From the NCBI RefSeq assembly GCF_963921235.1, contig NC_086097.1, positions 131,876,001-131,940,000 on the forward strand: a stretch of DNA of 64,000 nucleotides, written 5' to 3'. Under the pieces are notes generated by a model. It was not told the origin of the DNA. It searched no databases and saw only the letters and a program-made list of their open reading frames with translations. Positions 48,846 through 59,921 of the stretch are shown piece by piece (position 1 is the stretch's first letter; each line of letters starts with the position of its first letter). The DNA comes from Mobula hypostoma (lineage: Eukaryota). The position numbers and the translations under genes were made by a program.

Positions 48846-51142
48846 GTAGCAGTGTCCAAGCTGTAACCTTCTGCCCTCTCCAGCACTCAGCCCAAAACAT
48901 TGATTCAGTCTACACTTACACTCCCAATTCCATCTTTTTTCAAATGAACTGATTTGCCACTCCCCTCCCTACATCAGATGCTACAGTAGTTCCCTCCCTT
49001 CCCAATCTCATGCATTCCCAGTCTCCTCAACTGCCAGCTTGGATCCATATAACCAATGATTGATGGTGAGCTATATGTGTCTCTCTCCCCACCCTGACCT
49101 GTGCCCAATCTACCCCATCCTAGCCAAGGAAGAAAAGGATCTAGTGACATCTTGTCTTGATGCAGGGATTTGACTTGGAACATTGACAGCTCCTTTCCTC
49201 CTACAGACGCTGCTGACCTGCTGTGTTCTTCCAGCAAATCATTGCTCGAGATTCCAGCAACTGAATTCTCTTGTGTCTCTCTAGTGAAACCTTAGTGACA
49301 GACTTGACTACAAGTGATTTGTATTGGGGTAGGTACAATGACTAAAATGACTGCAGTCCTATTCCCGTAATAACTTTCCAGCCCATCCTGGAGTTTCTGG
49401 GAAACAGTATTTCTTGGAGCAGTCAGCAGCAGGTAGGAGGCTATATCTATTCATTTGGTGAGGTGCATTTCACAAGTACAGTTTTTGGATGATTGTTACT
49501 AAATGTAACTGCTATGTGCATGTGGGCTGCATATTTCCTGTCAAAAGACTTCATTGTCTGCACAGTGCCTGTGGTTGTGAAAGGTTCCTTGACCAGAAAC
49601 CATAAGGTAGTTCTCCCTAATAAACTTCTAGCTACAACTCTATAAGGAATTAGATGTGGATGAGCTGGTCATTTCTCTTTCCCCTCTATTGACCAAGGTT
49701 ATTCTCTTTATCATTTGGTGATTTTATTGAGTGATGTCAGCTGAGATGAATGGAAGCAAATAATGACAGTCTTGTGGTAACAGAGGTCAGTGGGTTTTAT
49801 ATGGAACAAATTGGGTCACATCCCCTTCTCGTACATTATTTCAGCCTGATTGGGCAAGTGGCCTCCGATAGCTTTGATAATGTATAGTCCTTATTAAATA
49901 GTTGCTGTGAATATCTAATGTACCAGTCAGCAGATTACCCCAGCCTGTCAAAAAATCAGAAATTTAAAATGTTCGATGGAGTGAAATATTTACGCGAGAT
50001 GTCAGAGCGTGAGATAAGAAGAGGAGCTCCTGGCAGCTTGCCAGTTTCCCTTCACATCACACTGGACACCACATCCACCCCTTTGATTTCATACAGCTGT
50101 ATCCCATGAATATTGGCCTGTACACTAGAGATTAAAGCACAGCAGATGTTTCTCTGCAGGCTAACAAATATATCACCCCTGATAATGAATGACAAATGTT
50201 GTTTTGCATTGTGTCAGACAAAACCAGGCCGCTTGTAAAACAAGTGTACAGTAGGAATAGGATATTGATAGGCAATTGTAACACAGTTACCTACATGAGA
50301 GTACAGAAGCAAGGTGCCAACACAGGGTTGTGGTCAGAAATCTGTTATCTGAGGAAAACTCAAAGGATTGCTTTTAAAATCATGTGCCTTTATGAAAGGA
50401 ACATCTGGGATGTTTAACATTCAGTTTTAGTGCTTAATTTAAGGCTGGAGATATGAACCACCCAGTCTTTGTAGTTGTGCTTTTAAAATCTGTACAAATT
50501 CACAACAGTGTAACCCAGACCAGTAGACTTGTTAATGCTACTCTCTCTAAATCAACCTGTGAGATATTCAGTTACCCAGAGAGATAAAGAATCAGGCTCA
50601 TAGGGCAGATGGTTGCAAATAAGTTTTGCAATATCTATTCCTGCACAAGCTTAGCTCTCTGCCTCAAGAACATTGGACTAAGCTTTGAAGAAGTTGCACT
50701 CTGTGGAGGAAGTTTGACGATGGGTTAACTCTAGGGCCAGTCCCCCAATTGAGGTTATCTATGTGACAGATGAAGAACAGCATATCCAAGTCAGGAATCT
50801 ATCTGTCCCAGCTATTAGTTTAAAAACAATTTTCCAGCCAAGATGTTGAACAGATATCGGATTATGGAACATAGGACTACACACTTGTAGAGAGGGCAGT
50901 TTATAATAAGATTAGTGAATAAATCCAAACAAAATCCTCCTTTCTGAGGACCCACGTTCAATAATTCAGAAACAGCTTCTTCCCCTCTGTCATCAGATTT
51001 TTAAATGGCCCAGGAACCCATGAAAATGACCTTGTAATTCCTTTTATCTGCACTATTTATCTATTTTTGTCATTTATAATAATATTATGTCTTTGCATGG
51101 CACTGCTGCAGCAAAACAACAAATTACACACAACATAAATCA

Positions 51143-52975
51143 GGGATGACTTTCAGTGGACTGAAAAGCTTGAGCACGTAGATACTAAGAAAGACGATGT
51201 GCTGGAGCTTTTGGAAAGTATCAAGTCACTGGGACCAGATGAGATATACCCCAGGCTACTGTGGGAAGTGAGAGAGGAGATTGCTGAGCCTCTGGCGATG
51301 ATCTTTGCATCTTCAATGGGCAAGGGAGAAGTTCCGGGGGATTGGTGGGTTGCGGATGTTGTTCCCTTATTCAAGAAAGGGAGTAGAGATAGCCCAGGAA
51401 ATGATGGACCAGTGAGTCTTACTTCAGTGGTTGGTAAGTGATGGAAAAGATCCTGAGAGGCAAGATCTATGAACATTTGGAGAGGCATAATATGATTGGG
51501 AATGGTCATATTATTCCAAGTGCTCCTGCCACGTTTTGTCACCCTGCAACCTTATCCTTCAAACTCTTTGAATCATGGAGGACAGCATGTGTATGAATGT
51601 CTCTCTTCAGCAGACTTCATCATGATTATCATGACTCCAATATTTTTACTATTTTTAAATGTCTCTTAATTGTACATATGACTTCTTTGTGTTCTATCGC
51701 TGCGCAGCAGTGAACCATCTGACTGGCCTATCAGAGTTCTCTTTGAAAACTAGTTGACCTGATCAGCATTTCTGATCTGGCTATTGTTCATGATTGCACT
51801 TAAAAAAAAAGTCAACATGGGTTTGTCAAAGGTAGGTGGAGCCTTACAAGCCTGATTGAATTTTTTGAGGATGTGACTAAACACATTGATGAAGGTAAAG
51901 AATTGGCTTGCCCACAGAAGGCAAAGAGTGGTTGTAGATGGGTCATATTCTGCATGGAGGTCGATGACCAGTGGAGTGCCTCAGGGATCTGTTGTGGGGC
52001 CCTTACTCTTTGTGATTTTTATAATTGACCTGGATGAGGAAGTGGAGGGATGGGTTAGTAAATTTGCTGATGACACAAAGGTTGGGGGTGTTGTGGATAG
52101 TGTGGAGGGCTGTCAGAGGTTACAGCAGGTAATCGATAGGATACAAAACTGGGCTGAGAAGTGGCAGATGGAGTTCAACCCAGATAAGTGTGAGGTGGTT
52201 CATTTTGGTAGGTCAAGTATGATGGCAGAATATGGTATTAATTGTAAGACTCTTGGCAGTGTGGAGGATCAAAGGGATCTTGGGGTCCAAGTCCACAGGA
52301 CAGTCAAAGCTGCTGCACAGATTGACACTGTGGTTAAGAAGGCATATGATGCATTGGCCTTCATCAATCGTGGAATTGAGCTTTGGAGCTGAGAGGTAAT
52401 GTTGCAGCTATATAGGACCCTGGTCAGACCTCACTTGGAATACTGTGCTCAGTTCTGGTCGCCTCACTCAAGAAAGATGTTGAAACCACAGGAAGGGTGC
52501 AGAGGAGATTTACAAGGATGTTGCCTGGATTGGGGAGTATGCCTTATGAGAATAGGTTGAATGAACTCAGCCTTTTCTCCTTGGAGTGACAGAGGATGAG
52601 ATGTGATCTGATAGAGGTGTGTAAGATGATGAAAGGCATTGATTATGTGGGTAGTCAGAGGCTTTTTCCCAGGGCTGAAATTAACATGAGAAGGCACAGT
52701 TTCAAGGTGCTTGGAAGTAGGTACAGAGGAGATATCAGGGGTAAGATTTTTACGCAGGAAGTGGTGAGTACATGGAATGGTCTGCCTGCGATGGTGGTGG
52801 AGGCGGATATGATAGGGTCTTTTAAGAGACTCCTGAATAGGTACATGAAACTTAGGAAAATAGGGGGCTATGGGTAACCCTAGATAATTTCTAAAGTAAG
52901 GACATGTTTGGCACAGCTTTGTGGACCGAAGAGCTAATATTGTGCTTTCTATGTGAAGGCTTTCTATGTTTCTAT
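51143..52975 (+). mobile_element. CR1 LINE, 5'-truncated, same subfamily as 32820-34527
   Basis: GPDEIYPRLL.E.REEIAEPL, SGVPQGSV.GPLLF, KFADDTK, TTTCTATGTTTCTA tail. Internal deletion near 51898 and an insertion at 51509-51810. Confidence 0.93.
51509..51810 (+). other. Unclassified 302-bp A-tailed insertion within the CR1
   Basis: Interrupts CR1 ...GGAATGGTCA|GTCAACATGG with GTCA duplicated; ends in A9. Confidence 0.6.
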
Positions 52976-53390
52976 AAATCAGTGATGATGAATCTGGTTT
53001 TGATTCTGCTGCATCTTTTAACTTGACTTTGCAATGGTTCACAGAAACAGAGCAGTTACCATCGCGGTCACCCTGGGCTGCGGTGTGCTGCTGCAGTTAG
53101 CCCAGCAGCCTCAGAGCTCCAAGGAGCTGAGTTTGATCCTGTGACCACACAGGTGTCCACCAGGTGTTCAGGTTCTGTCCTACATCCCAAGGACATGTCA
53201 TTAATATTATTTTAATGACATAAAGAATCACAGCAGAACTGCTGTGCAAAAGAGAATTATTTGCAAGAGTACAAGGAATGAGAGCAAGAGAGACTGAGAA
53301 GATTGCTTCCCTTCAACTTGGCATGGAGTAGAATGTTCTGTGTCATTACAATTATGACAAGGTAAGGATATAACTTGGAATATCAACATG

Positions 53391-54738
53391 CATATAACCA
53401 TATAACCATATAACAATTACAGCACAGAAACAGGCCATCTCAGCCCTTCTAGTCCATGCCGAACTCTTACCCTATCCTATTCCCACCGACCTACACTCAG
53501 CCCATAACCCTCCATTCCTTTCCTGTCCATATATCTATCCAGTTTAACTTCAAGCGGCAACATAGAGCCTGCCTCAACCACTTCTGCTGGAAGCACGTTC
53601 CACACAGCTACCACCCTCTGAGTACGGAAGTTTCCCCTCATGATACCCCCAAACTTTTGTCCTCTAATTCTCAACCCATGCCCTCTTGTTTGAATCTTCC
53701 CCACTCTCAATGGAAAAAGTCTAACCACGTCAACTCTATCAATCCCCCTCATGATTTTAAACACCTCTATCAAGTCTCCCCTCACCTTCTATGTTCCAAG
53801 GAATAAAGACCTAACTTGTTCAACCATTCTCTGTAATTTAGGAGATGAAACCCAGGCAACATTTTAGTAAACCTCCTCTGTACTCTCTCAATTTTATTGA
53901 CATCTTTCCTATAATTCGGTGACCAGAACTGTACACAACACTCCAGATTTGGCCTTACCAATGCCTTATACAAATTCAACATTACATCTCAACTCCTATA
54001 CTCAATGCTCTGATTAATAAAGGCCAGCAAACCAAAAGCTTTCTTCACCACCCTATCCACGTGAGATTCCATCTTCAGGGAACTATGCACCATTATTCCT
54101 AGATCCCTCTGTTCTAAAGCATTCTTTAATGCCCTACCATTTACCATGTATGTCCTATTTTGATTAGTTCTACCAAAATGTAACACCTCACATTTTTCAG
54201 CATTAAACTCCATCTGCCATCTTTCAGCCCACTCTTCTAACTGGCCTAAATCTCTCTGTAAGTTTTGAAAACCTACCTCATCATCCACAACACCACCTAC
54301 CTTAGTAGCATCTGCATACTTACTAATCCAATTTACCACCTCATCATCCAGATCATTAATATATATGACAAACAACATTGGACCCAGTACAGATCCTTGA
54401 GGCACACCGCTACACACCGTCCTCCAATCTGACACACAGTTATCCACCACTACTCTCTGGCGTCTCCCATCTAGCCACTGCTGAATCTATTTTACTACTT
54501 CCATATTAATGCCTAACGATTGAACCTTCCTAACTAACCTTCTGTGTGGTACCTTGTCAAAGGCCTTACTGAAGTCCATATAGATAAAATCTACCGTTTT
54601 ACCCTCGTCAACTTTCTTACTAACCTCATCAAAAAATTCAATAAGATTTGTCAAACATGACCTTCCACGCACAAATCCATGTTGACTGTTCCTAATCAGA
54701 CCCTGTCTATCCAGAAAATTATATATACCATTTCTAAG
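53391..54738 (-). mobile_element. CR1 LINE, 5'-truncated, different subfamily
   Basis: QHGFVRGRSCLTNLIEFF, YMDFSKAFDKVPH, SGVPQGSVLGP, KYADATK, MRGDLIEVFKI; (TATAACCA)n tail. Confidence 0.95.
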
Positions 54739-54807
54739 AATAATAATATACAAGTAACAATAACATACATACAGTTTATATGATTCAAATACACTTATCA
54801 AGAACTT

Positions 54808-54826
54808 ATAATAATAATAATAATAA
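54808..54826. repeat. (ATA)n microsatellite
   Basis: Direct reading. Confidence 0.85.
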
Positions 54827-54829
54827 TAT

Positions 54830-55085
54830 GATGGAGAGGGGAAAGATTTAAAGGGGACCTGTGTGGCAACTTTTTCATGCAGAGGGTCAAGCGTACATGA
54901 AACAAGCTGTCCAAGAAAGCAGATGAGCCAGGTACTATTATAATTAAAAGTCGTTCGGATAAGTACATGGATAGGAAAGGTTTGGAGGGATATAGTGGCT
55001 AAGCTTGGGTCGGCATCTTGCTCAGCATAGACCCATTAGGCCAAAGGACCTGTTTCTGTGCTCTGTAATTCTGTGACTCTATGAT
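54830..55085 (+). mobile_element. CR1 3' fragment
   Basis: GGGGAAAGATTTAAAGGGGACCTG...TTTTTCATGCAGAGGG; tail CTGTGACTCTATGA. Confidence 0.7.
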
Positions 55086-55369
55086 GCAGGTTTTACCAGA
55101 ATCTGCAAGGAGAGAAGGAAACAAAGAGGCTTGGGAAGTGAGTTCATTCGGAGGATTGTGAGAGTGTGGAATGAACTGACTGGTAGCTAAATATAGCTAT
55201 TGAAGATGGAAGAATTAAAATTAGGATTGATCAGGGAGATGAGGCTGGACAAGGATAACTGAAGGCAGGAAATAATGAAATTACAGAAATACTTTGAAGG
55301 TGAACTGGAGTAGTTAATCCTAAAACAGCAACTTCATTCCATCTGCTGACCCAGCTGTAATCTCCTGGT

Positions 55370-55990
55370 GACCAGCCATTTCAGTTTGACGCCTAGTTCC
55401 CAAACTGAAATATCATACAGGGGCCTCCTCCACTGCCAGGGTTGAGGCTAAATGCAAATCAGAGGAACAGCATCTCATAGTCCACCTTGGGAGTCTCCAA
55501 CTTGGCACCATGAATTTCAAATTCTCAAATTTCCATTAATTACCTCCCCAATACCTGTTCTCTTTTCTCAATCCTCCTGATCTGTCTAGCCCCCATCACA
55601 CTATATCTTCTACATCTCCCTTCCTCTCCCTCTCCATCTGTCCATTACCCACACACACCTCCCTCTAGTTCTACTCCTTCCATTTACTCCTATCAGATTC
55701 CACCATCTTCAACACTTTGTCATTTCCTTCAATCACCTCCCAGTTTCTAATGTCATTCCCTCTCTTCACTCACCCTCCATCTGCCTTTTAATCACTTCAC
55801 CTGGATCCACCTATCACCTCTCAGCTCTTGCTCCACCCTTTCCCTCCATTGGCTTATGCTGGCTATCTGTCCTCTTGCTTTCAGTCAAACAAAGGGTCTC
55901 GACCAGATATTCCAGTTGTCCATTTCCCCCCATAGGTGCTATGTGAACCATTGAATTTCTTCAGTGATTTGTATGTTATCTCTGAGATGT
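55370..55990 (+). mobile_element. Old Penelope 3' fragment
   Basis: GAGGAACAGCATCTCATAGTCCACCTTGGGAGTCTCCAAC (EEQHLI..LG.LQ), pyrimidine tract, degenerate terminal block. Confidence 0.65.
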
Positions 55991-57304
55991 TAATACTATT
56001 AGTTTTATTGAAATATTCAGCAAAACATTGATGGTAGCAATTAACTGATTGCATACTGCAAGGAAAAGTAGTATCCTCTGGAAATGTGTGAAACTTATTA
56101 CTGGGTGGAACGGACACTCAATATATTGTCAAATTCATTCCATCTCAAGAACAGAAGCCCTACCAACCTCTCCTAATAAATGGAGGGTTATCTGTCCAGA
56201 AAAATGTATTGAGTGGAAGATAGCCACATACAGATTATATGAAAATTAATCAGTCACTTAAAGCAGAGTCATCACCAATGTTGACTGTCAGGGAAATAAT
56301 CCAATCATCTTCTTTCTGATTGGGCATGCATGAAATCCCATTGGAATTAACTATAGGAAATAATGAATAAGTGGTACTTGAGTTCAAGGTTTTAATTTAA
56401 TGTCAGGACATTGCTCTTGTTTCTAAAACCACAAATTGCCCTAGGCATTTGTCCTTTAGTGAGCAAGTCACCTACCAATTGCCAAGCAAGTTACATACAT
56501 TTCAGCATTGCCATGTAATCACTTTCAAATCAACATCTGACATAATTTCACTTGAAAACCTCATCAGCTCCTTGAGACCCTGCTCTTTCTTTTTATGAAA
56601 GGAGATCCCAGAGGCAATGTCTCAAAATGAAAGGAAACAGGAAAGAATTAGCTTGGGATGAGGGCGGCAAATCATGTTCTGAAGGCTCCATGAATCACAG
56701 CTACCTGGCTTTCAACAAGACTGACTTGTCCATTGCTTGCTGTCTGATCTTTGGATAGTTACTGAAGGATGGAAGCTCGGAATTTTTAAAAACTGAAATA
56801 AACTTCATTCATAATAGCAAAAAATTCTTGCAAGAATAAATCATGCAGTGCTTTTTCATCTTGGATGGTCACCCAGAGCAAGTCATCTTCATTCTGACAA
56901 TCTGCTGGTGTTTTGGAAAACGTCCGCTCTTACAGACAGAGTGGTAATGTTGTGATATCACTAATTCTGCTTGCTATGGTTCTCACTCCAATAGCACAGC
57001 TAGTTATTGCTAACTCATACATGGCTTTGCTGCAGAGTGGAGAAAAGACAAATGCAAATATAATGAGTAGAAGAAGGGCCAAGTACTTTTGAAGCTAGAA
57101 ATTTGAATCACAAGTGTGAAACGAGAATAATGGTAAGTGTCACAGAGAAGGTATTTTTCCCTCTATTTATTCATTCTCTGGGCATGGAGGACACTAGCAA
57201 AGCCAGTGATTGTTGTCCATTACCAATTAAATCACTCTGGAAAATGAATGTTTTTTATGGGGTATTTCAGAGGGCGATTAAGAGCTAACTATGTTACTGT
57301 GAAT

Positions 57305-58265
57305 CTCAATTCAAAGTTCTAAGTTCAACTTATTGTCAAAGTATGTATAAATCATACAACCTTGAGATTCATTTGCTTACAGGCAGCTATGAAACAAGAA
57401 ACCCAAAAGAACCCAATTAAAATAAAACCAACACCCAATGTGCAGAGAAAAAGAGAAAAAAGCCCGGAGCATCCCGAGGAGGCCCATAGCCTCAGCCTCA
57501 GTCCATCTCAAACTGGTGAAGCTTGCGGACACAAAGCTGCTGCATTCATAGCAGGACATAGCGTCAGACTCAGCACTGAGGCATGCGGAGAGCGGAGTAA
57601 GTGTAGCACGGCAGCAAGTGTCTCAACACTCATCTCCAGTCCCGACACGCTGTCTTTTTCAATCCATCTGTTGGCATTAAAATTGACCAACACAGGGTCC
57701 TCCTCCATCCTCTTCACTGGGACTGAGGACCCTCCGCGTCAATCTGCTCTAGGTCGGGGCCCCGCCACCACGTTCTGGACCGTACCCTACTTTTCCGAAG
57801 CAGCCAAGTGCTTAGATCGATCCAGCCTCATTTTCAGTTTAAATGGATGGGTTCCGAAACTCCTCCGCACCACTCCTTCCAGCTCAGTCTCTGAATCCGA
57901 CTTTGTCTCGAACATGCCTTGACCTTGCTCCGTCCACTTCCATAGATACCAGACAAGAAGCTTTCTTCAGCACACCTGGCATCCATCATCAGGGATCCCC
58001 ACCGTCCAGCACATCCCTCTTCTCATTGACTGCCATCAGGAATGAGGTACAAGAGCCTGAAGACCTGTCCTCATTAGGTTTTAGGAGCAGCGTTTTTGCC
58101 TCTGACATCAGGTTTCCAAATGGCACATGAATTCATGAACACTGCCTCACAATTTATATCTTTTTCTTTGTAATTTATAGCCATTTTTTATGTTTTGCAT
58201 TGTATTGCTACCACAAAGCAATGAATTTCATGACATACATCAATGATAATAAACCCAATTCTGAT
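57305..58265. mobile_element. Rex1-tailed repeat (minus, about 57305-57920) adjacent to a Rex1 3' fragment (plus, about 57950-58265)
   Basis: Tails TCAAAGTTCTAAGTTCAACTTATTG and AATAAACCCAATTCTGATTC; CAGGGATCCCCACCGTCCAG and ATCAGGTTTC Rex1 motifs. Confidence 0.5.
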
Positions 58266-58521
58266 TCAGATGCTGTGTGCCTGTGATACTGCTGCAGGTA
58301 AGTTTTTCATTACATCTCTGCATACGGATACTTGGTCATATGACAATAAATTTGATTTTGAGGAATTCTTTTTGATTGGGCCTTTTCCACTCAGGTCTTG
58401 TTTTGCAGTCTTTTTCTTCACTGTCTTGTACAATTTGTGTATAATTTATGTTCTATGTGTTTTCTGAATCTATAATTCCGTAATGCTGTTTCAAGCACGT
58501 TTTGCTTTGTGCCTATACATC

Positions 58522-58808
58522 TGTGGCGACCCACTTTCTAGCACACACGAACCGGCTCACGAAACAGCGCGCACAGGCAGAGGGCCTGACCCAAAAAGGG
58601 CGCCAGGCCATCTTCACCCACGGGGGGAAAATCCCGCGCACAGAAAAGGTCTGGGAATATGTATTCCCCACAGCAGTCCCGCCCAGGGAGGGCGGGAACA
58701 GGAAGACTTTAAAGCAGGACGGGAAGTTTGAATAAATCTCTTTCATCGCAACTCCAACTCACCGACTACATGTGGTTATTTTAGCGCTGTGTGTAGCACA
58801 CCGCTACA
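58522..58808 (+). repeat. 5' LTR (287 bp)
   Basis: About 92% identical to the 3' LTR by manual count (about 22 differences, many at CpG). Contains TTTAAA and AATAAA. Confidence 0.95.
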
Positions 58809-58810
58809 AT

Positions 58811-58824
58811 TGGTGACCCCGACG
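58811..58824 (+). promoter_or_regulatory. Primer-binding site complementary to the tRNA-Trp 3' end
   Basis: TGGTGACCCCGACG, 2 nt after the LTR; complement of tRNA-Trp ...CGUCGGGGUCACCA. Confidence 0.9.
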
Positions 58825-58848
58825 GCCCAAACGATATTTGGACCAGAG

Positions 58849-59530
58849 ATGACCAATGCCGCATCTATTCACATAGTTTCGTTAAAACTGCCAAGCTTCT
58901 GGCCGCTGCGACCCCATTTATGGTTCGAACAAGCAGAAGCTCAATTCCACATTCGGCAGATAACCTCGGAGTCCACTTGCTACTACTACGTGCTGAGCTC
59001 CCTCGACCAGGAGACTGCTGCACAAGTTGAGGAGTTTATACAGTCGCCCCTGGAGGACGGCAAATACACAGCATTCAAAGCCCTGCTCATAAGGACTTTC
59101 GGACTCTCACGGCGCGAATGAGCACGCTGCTTAATGCACCTGGATGGTTTGGGAGACAGGCCACCGTCGGCATTAATGAACGAGATGCTGGCCCTGGCTG
59201 AAGGACACAAACCCTGCCTCATGTTTGAGCAGGCGTTCCTAGAACAACTGCCCGAGGACATATGCCTGCTGCTGTCCGACGCAGATTTCAGCAACTCCCG
59301 GGAGGTGGCGGCCCGAGCAGATGTGCTGTGGAATGCCAGGAAGGAGAGAGGGGCATCCGCAGCGCAGATCGCCAAGCCACGTGCCCAACGGCAGACCAGA
59401 CCAGGCCCGGCAGCAGAGCCTACAAAACCTGGCGATGGGAGTGAGGAGCCCAACGAACAATGGTGTTTCTACCACCAGCGGTGGGGCACAGAGGCCCGCC
59501 ACTGCAGACCACCCTGCAAATTCCCGGGAA
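58849..59530 (+). pseudogene. Gypsy gag (one in-frame TGA at 59119)
   Basis: VSLKLPSFW..RPHLWFEQAEAQF, LGDRPPSALMNEM, C-terminal WCFYHQRWG.EAR.CRPPC. Confidence 0.9.
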
Positions 59531-59920
59531 ACATAGAAACATAGAAAATAGGTGCAGGAGTAGGCCATTCGGCCCTTCGAGCCTGCACCGCCATTTATTA
59601 TGATCATGGCTGATCATCCAACTCAGAACCCCGCCCCATACCCCCTGACCCCCGTAGCCACAAGGGCCATATCTAACTCCCTCTTAATTATAGCCAATGA
59701 ACTGGCCTCAACAGTTTCCTGTGGCAGAGAATTCCACAGATTCACCACTCTCTGTGTGAAGAAGTTTTTCCTAATCTCGGTCCTAAAAGGCTTCCCCTCT
59801 ATCCTCAAACTGTGACCCCTCGTTCTGGACTTCCCCAACATCGGGAATAATCTTCCTGCATCTAGCCTGTCCAATCCCTTTAGGATCTTATACGTTTCAA
59901 TCAGATCCCCCCTCAATCTT
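59529..59920 (-). mobile_element. CR1 3' end inserted at the Gypsy gag-pol junction
   Basis: RGDLIETYKILKGLDRLDAGRLFP...KNFFTQRVVNLWNSLP; (CATAGAAA)n tail. Confidence 0.93.
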
Positions 59921-59921
59921 C

